The notes under the pieces were generated by a model. That model had not been told where the DNA came from and made no database searches. It saw only the letters and a list, made by a program, of their open reading frames with translations. From a virus (Duplodnaviria > Caudoviricetes): 64,000 nt of DNA. Positions 40,595 through 47,556 of the stretch are shown piece after piece. The position numbers and the translations under genes were made by a program. Within the stretch, counting starts at the first letter, position 1. Each line of letters begins with the position of its first letter. The stretch covers positions 8,158 through 72,157 of the IMG/VR virus record IMGVR_UViG_3300045599_000040, one strand, 5' to 3'.

Positions 40595-40783
40595 ATGTTA
40601 ATTACATACGAATTAAGCAAGTATGAAATAGAATTTCTTATTCTTAATGGATTGTCTGAATTAGGTATTAAAGCAGATGAGGTTATCTTCGAAGATTCAA
40701 AATGCAAAGTAATTTGTAATGATGATATTTATGGAATGGATGAATTTTTAAAAAGTAAAAGTAAAAAGGTGATTAAATCATGA
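40595..40783 (+). CDS. Hypothetical protein
   Basis: GGAGG RBS. Confidence 0.55.
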   Translation: MLITYELSKYEIEFLILNGLSELGIKADEVIFEDSKCKVICNDDIYGMDEFLKSKSKKVIKS

Positions 40784-41025
40784 CAAAATATTACGCTACA
40801 GTTAAAACAGAAATTGGGAAAATCATCTTAACGGTTAGAGCTATCGATGAAGTTCAAGCAGAAGAGAAGTTAAAAGAACAATTTAATTTTGATTCAATCA
40901 TAAAAATAAGTAAAACAGTTCCTAGCCAATATTATGGAATTACTAGTTCATCCCTTAATGGTATGTTGAGAGTGTTTGACTACTCTAAAACAACTAAAAG
41001 ATATAATAATTGGGTTATGAACTAA
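40780..41025 (+). CDS. Hypothetical protein
   Basis: ATGA overlap with upstream ORF. Confidence 0.55.
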   Translation: MTKYYATVKTEIGKIILTVRAIDEVQAEEKLKEQFNFDSIIKISKTVPSQYYGITSSSLNGMLRVFDYSKTTKRYNNWVMN

Positions 41026-41038
41026 AATATTTTAAAAA

Positions 41039-41650
41039 ATGAAGAGGAGTGTAATATTGGATCTAAAACTAACATCAAAGATTCCACCTTCGGTCAATCA
41101 TTATCTTGGATACCGAGCAATACCAAAAAAGAAAAAAGATGAAAAAACAGGCAAATGGAAAACAGTACATATAGTTGTTGCATATCATACAAAAGAAGCA
41201 AAAGAGTTTATTGAATATTTTACTAAATATGCAAAGGAACAAGTTGAAAAACAAAATTGGGAAATTGAACAAACGAGAGACATACATCACTACGCAGATT
41301 GTGTTTATTACTTTCCCAGAACTAATATGGATGATCAAAATTACCCAAAAGTGAGTTCTGACTGTTTAAATGGAATAGCATACATAGACGATAGCAAAGT
41401 TCTGTTTCGCACAAATCGCATATATTACGATTCAGTCAACCCAAGAGTAGAAATCAAAATTCATGCTGTTGATTATAGGGGTATTTTTAATAGCCAAGAA
41501 CACCTTGATCAATTTGAAGATAAATGTAAGACATGTAAAAGATACAGTAGAAATTGCTCAATCCTTAGAAAAGCTAAAGAGGGAAGGATTCAAGAGGAGA
41601 TAGATGATCAGTTTGTTTGTAGTAAGTATCAATATAAAAAAGAGCAATGA
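41039..41650 (+). CDS. RusA-like Holliday junction resolvase with Cys-rich tail
   Basis: PPSVNHY, MDDQNYPK...DCL, YIDDSKV, PRVEIKI. Confidence 0.65.
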   Translation: MKRSVILDLKLTSKIPPSVNHYLGYRAIPKKKKDEKTGKWKTVHIVVAYHTKEAKEFIEYFTKYAKEQVEKQNWEIEQTRDIHHYADCVYYFPRTNMDDQNYPKVSSDCLNGIAYIDDSKVLFRTNRIYYDSVNPRVEIKIHAVDYRGIFNSQEHLDQFEDKCKTCKRYSRNCSILRKAKEGRIQEEIDDQFVCSKYQYKKEQ

Positions 41651-41703
41651 GAATGAATAATATCCACATACATTAATCAAACTAAACAATGAGGTGCAAA
41701 TAC

Positions 41704-41844
41704 TTGAAAGAAGATACATATCATACTAAAACAATTAAGATGCCAGACGGAGGCACGCTAGTTATTAATGGAGATCCATCAATTGAGAACTGCCAAACTT
41801 TTATTAAAATCCTCGTTGATGCAGATCGAGCAAGTAAAACGTAA
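41704..41844 (+). CDS. 46-aa ORF ending the early operon (possible recombination directionality factor)
   Basis: GAGGTG RBS, TTG start, MKEDTYHTKTIKMPDGGTLVING...; function inferred from position only. Confidence 0.5.
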   Translation: MKEDTYHTKTIKMPDGGTLVINGDPSIENCQTFIKILVDADRASKT

Positions 41845-41848
41845 TCAA

Positions 41849-41890
41849 GAAGGCTGCAATGGTATTCATCATTGCAGCCTTCTTTGTTTT
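41849..41890 (+). terminator. Rho-independent terminator
   Basis: 13-bp stem GAAGGCTGCAATG/CATTGCAGCCTTC followed by TTTGTTTT. Confidence 0.85.
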
Positions 41891-41941
41891 GCACTATTAT
41901 TAATGTGTGAACAATAAACGAACCAAGGAGGTGAGCTTTTT

Positions 41942-43429
41942 TTGAGTCAGTATGTTATTAAACATGTGGCTATTTATCTTCGTAAATCAAGAGGAGATGA
42001 AGATTCAGACTTAGAAAAACACAGAGCAGAATTGATTGATTTATGTAGACAAAACGATTGGGCATATGTTGAATATGCAGAAGTTGGGACATCAGACTCA
42101 ATTTCTCTTAGGCCAAAAATGACTGAATTAATGCAAGACATTGAACAAAGAATGTATGATGCTATTGTCACGATTCACATTGACAGATTAAGTCGTGGTG
42201 ATGAAGTGGATCGTGCCACAATAAGCAAGCTCTTAGCTAGAACAGAAACACTATTGGTTACACCACATAGAGTTTATGATTACAATAATGATACGGATAT
42301 GCTCTTAGCAGAGTTTGAGGGCATGATGGCGAGAATGGAATATAAACAAATATCTCGCCGTTTTCGACAGGGTAAGGCAAGAAATGCCAAACAAGGGCTG
42401 TGGTCAAATGGTGTTCCACCATTCCCATATGTGAGAAACCCACAAACAGGCAAGGCTGAACCTGATGAAGCAAAGTTGCCAATATATCGCTTCATGATTG
42501 ATAAATGCCTAGAAGGTTGGTCATGCACAGACATTGCTTGGGAGCTTAACAAAATGGGAGTTCCATCTCCAAAAGATGGGCTATGGAGTCCAGGGGTAGT
42601 TAGAAGGTTAGTGCGAGATGAAGTCCATCTTGGGAAAATTGTTGTAGGCAAAAAAAGAAAGCTGACTGCTTCGGGAGACATTGTATATAAACCAAAAGAA
42701 GAGTGGATTGTTTATAATAACTGCCACAAGCCAGTGAAAACACAATTGGAGCATGATAAAATACTATTCATTATTAATAGACACATCAATACACCTAAAG
42801 CAAGTCGGTCAGGGAAAAATCAATTTTCAGGACTTATTGTATGTGCAAAATGCAATAGCACCATGCAAATACAAAAAAGGACTGGAAGAACATACGATTC
42901 ACTCAAGTCATGCAATCACCGTGATCCCTTCGGTGAAAGATGCGTTAATTTTGGTGGGCAGATTGAAACAATACAACAGTATGTTTTAGCCGCAATAAAA
43001 GATAAAGAAGAAAAACTATTAGAAGCTATCAAAAAGGGATTGGGTTCTGATGATTTAAATAACCTTCATGAGTTAGCAAATGCTAAGCTTGTAGAGATTA
43101 AGGAGCAAGAAAAAGCAATTGACCGCATATATGATTTTTTAGAAAAAGGAAGGTATACAGAAGAGCAATTCGATGAAAGGTTTGGGAAGGCGAACGCTGC
43201 ATTAAGTAAACTTGAAGAAGAGTACCAAATAATCAAAACTCAATTAAACAACACACTAAATGCTCGCAATGAAGACATGCTCATCAGCGTTAGAGATGTG
43301 ATCAACATCGCAGAAAACATAGACGATCCCAAAGAAGTAAATAGAGCATACAAAAGCATTTTACAAAATATTCAATGGCTAAGAGAGGAAATGGACACTC
43401 CTCCAAAAATAATTGTAAATTTTCTTTAG
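41942..43429 (+). CDS. Large serine recombinase (phage integrase)
   Basis: AIYLRKSR, EVGTSDS...RPKM, HIDRLSRG, recombinase domain, zinc ribbon CAKC...CNH...C, coiled coil. Confidence 0.95.
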   Translation: MSQYVIKHVAIYLRKSRGDEDSDLEKHRAELIDLCRQNDWAYVEYAEVGTSDSISLRPKMTELMQDIEQRMYDAIVTIHIDRLSRGDEVDRATISKLLARTETLLVTPHRVYDYNNDTDMLLAEFEGMMARMEYKQISRRFRQGKARNAKQGLWSNGVPPFPYVRNPQTGKAEPDEAKLPIYRFMIDKCLEGWSCTDIAWELNKMGVPSPKDGLWSPGVVRRLVRDEVHLGKIVVGKKRKLTASGDIVYKPKEEWIVYNNCHKPVKTQLEHDKILFIINRHINTPKASRSGKNQFSGLIVCAKCNSTMQIQKRTGRTYDSLKSCNHRDPFGERCVNFGGQIETIQQYVLAAIKDKEEKLLEAIKKGLGSDDLNNLHELANAKLVEIKEQEKAIDRIYDFLEKGRYTEEQFDERFGKANAALSKLEEEYQIIKTQLNNTLNARNEDMLISVRDVINIAENIDDPKEVNRAYKSILQNIQWLREEMDTPPKIIVNFL

Positions 43430-43565
43430 GGGTTTAGTATGTATAAAGGTTAAAAAGCCTTATGTATCAAGGCTTTGAAGCCTAGTTGATATTGGTTCGT
43501 TCATAGATAACTCACGGAAGTGTAGTCAGTAAACGAACCATATAGACTGTACTAAACCCCTAAAG
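43424..43565. other. att region with nested inverted repeats, probable intact attP
   Basis: Outer 16-bp perfect IR CTTTAGGGGTTTAGTA/TACTAAACCCCTAAAG; hairpin AAAGCCTT-N7-AAGGCTTT; inner 48-bp site 43493-43540 with TGGTTCGTT/AACGAACCA arms centred on GG. Confidence 0.65.
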
Positions 43566-43617
43566 GTTTGCTAATATAAATAGTACAATTCTAAAGAGAG
43601 GATACCTAAATTAAAAC

Positions 43618-44316
43618 ATGAAAAACACTAAGGCATATAGAGATAAAAAGTATATAGAAGCATGTGATATTGTTGCTAAAGAAGGCTATAAAATGCTATC
43701 CGATGAATGGACTGGTTATCGTTCATATTATATACTTCAATGTCCTAATGAGCATAAGTATACTGTTCAGTGGGCTGAGTTCAAAAGAGGTACAAGATGT
43801 CGAAAATGTCATAGCCAGAGTTTAATGATTAAAAATCCAAGTTTTAAAGGGAAAACAAGAGAAGAACATAGAAGAGAGATGACAAAATTATTTACGTCTG
43901 AGCTAACATCGGAAGGATATATGTATGGCGATGATTTTAAATATATAAATTCCTCAACTAAAATACCTGTTAAATGTATGAATCAACATGATTGGGAAGT
44001 CAGTTGGAATACTTGGACAAGCGGGAAGAGATGTCGAGATTGCTTTATTGAAAGAACAAGGAAATCCAATGAAGAGATTAAATTAGAACTTGAGTTAGAA
44101 GGATGCCAATTAATTGGACAATATTATGGTGCGGATAAACCTTTTAAATATATCTGCTCCTGTGGCAATAAAAGCACTATAAGAATAGGAGATTTTAGAA
44201 GAGGAGTTAGATGCTCAAGGTGTGTAGGAGACAGAACAAAGGAGTCTCGTAGACAAAAAAGAATGGAAGAGCTAAGGTTGTTTGACTTCAATGAAAAGAC
44301 ACCTCCTTCAAGATAA
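43618..44316 (+). CDS. Protein with three zinc-ribbon repeats, no evident nuclease domain
   Basis: CPNEH...CRKC, CMNQH...CRDC, CSCG...CSRC. Confidence 0.7.
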   Translation: MKNTKAYRDKKYIEACDIVAKEGYKMLSDEWTGYRSYYILQCPNEHKYTVQWAEFKRGTRCRKCHSQSLMIKNPSFKGKTREEHRREMTKLFTSELTSEGYMYGDDFKYINSSTKIPVKCMNQHDWEVSWNTWTSGKRCRDCFIERTRKSNEEIKLELELEGCQLIGQYYGADKPFKYICSCGNKSTIRIGDFRRGVRCSRCVGDRTKESRRQKRMEELRLFDFNEKTPPSR

Positions 44317-44332
44317 TTGCAGGAGGTGTCTT
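44296..44332. terminator. Terminator between convergent transcripts
   Basis: AAGACACCTCC...GGAGGTGTCTT. Confidence 0.75.
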
Positions 44333-44344
44333 AGTAATAATAAC

Positions 44345-44548
44345 TTAGAGGCAGAAATCGTTTATATCATGTATTCGTTTTTGAACATACCGCGCTTTTA
44401 CTCTTGCTTCTTCTTTTCTTTCCTTGCCAGATACTTCATCAAACATCATTCTAATTAATACCTCTTGCTCTTTGACCAAGTCACTAAGTAAATATGTGTT
44501 GTCAATTCTTTTCTTAAATTCCTCGCTCAACTCAACTTTATCATACAT
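44345..44548 (-). CDS. Small hypothetical protein at the end of the lysis operon
   Basis: ATG overlaps the holin stop (ATGTATGA); MYDKVELSEEFKKRID. Confidence 0.55.
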   Translation of the reverse strand: MYDKVELSEEFKKRIDNTYLLSDLVKEQEVLIRMMFDEVSGKERKEEARVKARYVQKRIHDINDFCL

Positions 44549-44903
44549 TTTTCCACTGCTCTCCAAATTCATTTTTAAACGACTTGAGAGCAGATTCAAT
44601 CAATAATTTGATTTCGTTTTCATTCAGTTTAATTTTATTTTGCACAGCAAGACTTACTAGTGCCTCAACTGCTTTATTGTACTTATCTTCACCGTTATAA
44701 TCTTTGTACACTTGTTGAATAAACAACACTGCAATTTTAGCTAATTTTTGTTTATTTTCGAGTTCTTGCTTAATCCTTTCCAATTTCTCAATACCAACCT
44801 TTTCCTTCAAAAAACTAAAGGTCAATGTCCCTAAAGCACCCATACCAACAATGATCAGCGAGTAAATAACATTAAGCAACATATCCATAATTTCTTGATT
44901 CAT
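44541..44903 (-). CDS. Holin, LL-H-like
   Basis: Single TM; AVLFIQQVY...GEDKYNKA...LIESAL. Confidence 0.75.
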   Translation of the reverse strand: MNQEIMDMLLNVIYSLIIVGMGALGTLTFSFLKEKVGIEKLERIKQELENKQKLAKIAVLFIQQVYKDYNGEDKYNKAVEALVSLAVQNKIKLNENEIKLLIESALKSFKNEFGEQWKNV

Positions 44904-44922
44904 TCAGAAACACTCCTTTTAT

Positions 44923-45195
44923 TTATTTTCTTTCTTTTGTTTGCTTGTAAGCTTGGTGAAAAAATACTGCTAAACCGCCAGCAAGAATACCTTGAATAAA
45001 CGCTTCAGCTGTTAGTCCCAGCAATAGAAAAGATAGGATTGTCCCTATTCCTGGCAGAATCCATACAATGAGCCAATCAGCAATTTTAGGAGACTTTTTT
45101 ATGAATAATCCAATTAGCATTAATGCCACAACAACAGGCATCATCTGCTCTAATAAATATTGCTGGATTAACTCAGCAACAATTGTAGCTTCCAT
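44923..45195 (-). CDS. Holin (three-TM type)
   Basis: PVVVALMLIGLFIK, DWLIVWIL, QGILAGGLAVFFHQ. Confidence 0.75.
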   Translation of the reverse strand: MEATIVAELIQQYLLEQMMPVVVALMLIGLFIKKSPKIADWLIVWILPGIGTILSFLLLGLTAEAFIQGILAGGLAVFFHQAYKQTKERK

Positions 45196-45199
45196 CTAT

Positions 45200-46594
45200 T
45201 TATTCCTCCTTTACGATTGGTGAATAACCTTTCATTTTTAATTCTTCAGCTAATTTTTCTGCATTTTCTCGAATGGAAAAAGCTCCAACTTGTACGCGAT
45301 ACAACACACTCTCTTTAGGCTTAGGATTGTCACCGACTGACTCAGGTGGTGAATATTTGTAGCCCAATTCTTCAGTTATCACTTTAACTACGGCCTCAGC
45401 ATAGGTCTTCCAGTTGTTTATTAAGTTGACCATATCTTCGTTGTTATCTATGAAAGCATATTCAATGATTGTAGTATCAACCTTCCCTGTATCGCGGTGC
45501 ATGTAATAGTAGTCTTTTCCATTAGCCCCTTGTCGTGAGAAGGCTCTACGTTTGTACTGACCAGCAGCAACAATAGCGTCTAAAAGCTTATTAGCCAATT
45601 TACCATCGCTAAATATACTGTAAATCGTTTCTACCCCACGCCCACCACCTGCATTAATATGATTGGAGATACAATACTTGGCTCCACTTTTTTTAATAAT
45701 TGCTGTACGAGTAGTGGAATCAAGACTGATATCTGAATCACGGGTTAATGCAACAGGAACTCCTAATTGTTTAAAACGTTCGTATTGGTAAAGGCTAATT
45801 ACTAATGTAAAATCCTTTTCTCTAAAACCATCAAAAGTTGCACCAGGATCTGTTCCCCCATGTCCAGCATCAATTACTAATTTTGGCTTATTTGTTACTG
45901 GAACTTCTTCTTTTGGTGTATTGTCAATTGGTTTTTCATTTTCATTTTTCAGCCAAATAGCAATTGCATTGGAAATTTTTCTTCTTTCAGGTTGAGTGTT
46001 AACACGTTGTCCTTTTACTAAGCAAAGAGAACTGCCGCCACCATCAAATCCTAAAAAGTGAGTGACACCATGCTTCTTTGCTTCTGTAATCATTTCTGGA
46101 TAAGTCATTTTCTTACTAGAATCTGTAACGAATATTTGATACTCCAATGTCTTCTCGTTTAAGCCAAAGGCTGTCCTCATATGCCTTCCATTTACTATTC
46201 CCTTATCTAACTGATTGCCTATAAATTGAGGAAGGAGAAGGGGAGAGGACTCAATTGCCCAATCATAGTCTTTTGCCACTTCAGAAAATGATTTATCTAC
46301 TGTTTTAAAATGAATTGAATCACCTTTGCCACATAGAGCGAAACCATACTTAACAGCACTTTTATCACGAATAATCGAACCATAGGATTTCGCTGCTCCA
46401 AGAGTCCAACCATCGACAAAATTAAAAAAACCTGCATTAAATATAATGTCAGGTTTAGAGGATAAGCGATTATACATTTCTTCTAAGGTTTCACCTTTGC
46501 CACGGCACATAATTAGTTGTGTATCTTTAATTTCATTTTTATTAAAACGGACTATATTTAACCCATTAGCTTTATCAGTTTTCATTTTAATCAA
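45200..46594 (-). CDS. Endolysin: phosphodiester-glycosidase-like domain, Amidase_3 and SPOR
   Basis: FNAGFF, HMRTAFG, FDGGGSS; IDAGHGG..E, ISNHIN, IIEYAF; YRVQVGAF..RENAE. Confidence 0.88.
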   Translation of the reverse strand: MIKMKTDKANGLNIVRFNKNEIKDTQLIMCRGKGETLEEMYNRLSSKPDIIFNAGFFNFVDGWTLGAAKSYGSIIRDKSAVKYGFALCGKGDSIHFKTVDKSFSEVAKDYDWAIESSPLLLPQFIGNQLDKGIVNGRHMRTAFGLNEKTLEYQIFVTDSSKKMTYPEMITEAKKHGVTHFLGFDGGGSSLCLVKGQRVNTQPERRKISNAIAIWLKNENEKPIDNTPKEEVPVTNKPKLVIDAGHGGTDPGATFDGFREKDFTLVISLYQYERFKQLGVPVALTRDSDISLDSTTRTAIIKKSGAKYCISNHINAGGGRGVETIYSIFSDGKLANKLLDAIVAAGQYKRRAFSRQGANGKDYYYMHRDTGKVDTTIIEYAFIDNNEDMVNLINNWKTYAEAVVKVITEELGYKYSPPESVGDNPKPKESVLYRVQVGAFSIRENAEKLAEELKMKGYSPIVKEE

Positions 46595-46616
46595 CTCCTT
46601 CTAAAAATGGTAAAAG

Positions 46617-47036
46617 CTATTGTATTAAAAGTTTTATACCTTCTTGAGCAGGAACGCCAATTAACGCACCTATCAATAAAAGAAAGGCAATCCAAAGGTA
46701 CTTTTTGTCATTAGAGTCAGAGTTTCGTTGAACCAAATTATTTGATTTATTTTCGTTATTTTTATTTTTATTAATGTCATATCTCAATGTTTGAACTTCT
46801 TTGCTAATCCCATCTAGTTTTTCATCTTGTTTGTCCATTCGCTTATCTCTCATATTTGAACGTTCTTCTTGTTGTTCCATAAGAGTTGTCATTTTTACAA
46901 TTGCTTCTCGAATTACTGTAATATTCTCACTGTCCTTTTCAGCTTTATCTTTTATTTTTTCAACATCTTTTTCTAGCTTTTCAATTTTTACATTGAGTAC
47001 TTCTAAAGGTGGGGTAGAGGACACATCTATACACAA
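46617..47036 (-). CDS. XhlA/BhlA-like lysis accessory protein
   Basis: Coiled coil plus C-terminal TM helix, first gene of the lysis cassette. Confidence 0.6.
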   Translation of the reverse strand: MCIDVSSTPPLEVLNVKIEKLEKDVEKIKDKAEKDSENITVIREAIVKMTTLMEQQEERSNMRDKRMDKQDEKLDGISKEVQTLRYDINKNKNNENKSNNLVQRNSDSNDKKYLWIAFLLLIGALIGVPAQEGIKLLIQ

Positions 47037-47051
47037 CCCTTCTTGAAATTT

Positions 47052-47077
47052 AAAAAGAGAGGAATTTCCTCTCTTTC
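47052..47077 (-). terminator. Terminator-like hairpin just upstream of the lysis cassette
   Basis: On - strand GAAAGAGAGG-AAATT-CCTCTCTTTTT. Confidence 0.65.
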
Positions 47078-47124
47078 ATACTATATATAGATATTTATTA
47101 CATTAAAAACACAATATATAGTGT
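47078..47124. promoter_or_regulatory. Tandem NrdR-box-like sites
   Basis: ATACTATATATAGATA (47078) and ACACAATATATAGTGT (47109, full consensus match), 31 bp apart. Confidence 0.6.
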
Positions 47125-47180
47125 AAAAAATCCATTAAAATGGCTCTTTTAACTGGAAAAAATCTACTTGTAATCTAATA

Positions 47181-47231
47181 TACCTATCCCCTACCAAGAT
47201 TTAATAAGTAGGGTAGAGGAGGGGATAGGTA
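47181..47231 (-). terminator. Stem-loop after the tail genes
   Basis: TACCTATCCCCT/AGGGGATAGGTA 12-bp inverted repeat. Confidence 0.5.
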
Positions 47232-47249
47232 GGGGAGAAGCTATTAAAA

Positions 47250-47537
47250 TTAAATAATACCTCTATGAAATGGAACATATTTATCAATAGATTTTCCATT
47301 TATAAATAAAACATAAACTTCTTCACCTTCAGCAAAAGTCACTTTAGGATTACATGGTATTTGTTGCTCTTTTTTTGATCCATCCACAAAAACATTTAAC
47401 AGCGTAGGGGAGATGACATCTTTAACCTTACCTAGATGCCAATCGGTTTTTAGTAAATTTTCATTCTCTAAGATAGTGTATACAACATCTTTAATAGTTG
47501 TATATATTTCATATTTTAATTGATTAGGATCAGACAT
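47250..47537 (-). CDS. Small baseplate/spike-like tail protein
   Basis: OB-like GKVKDV...VFVDG...PCNP...VYVL; position in tail module. Confidence 0.55.
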   Translation of the reverse strand: MSDPNQLKYEIYTTIKDVVYTILENENLLKTDWHLGKVKDVISPTLLNVFVDGSKKEQQIPCNPKVTFAEGEEVYVLFINGKSIDKYVPFHRGII

Positions 47538-47556
47538 TTTTTCATTACCTCCTTAA

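Larger units (their letters stand above)
8430..47151 (+). repeat. Dispersed TAAAA-N6-TTTTA palindrome, at least 13 copies at gene junctions
   Basis: Copies start at 8430, 9766, 10421, 19996, 26025, 28437, 28688, 28930, 34702, 39166, 39697, 40554 and 47136; spacer variants at 8636, 9112 and 9321. Confidence 0.8.
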
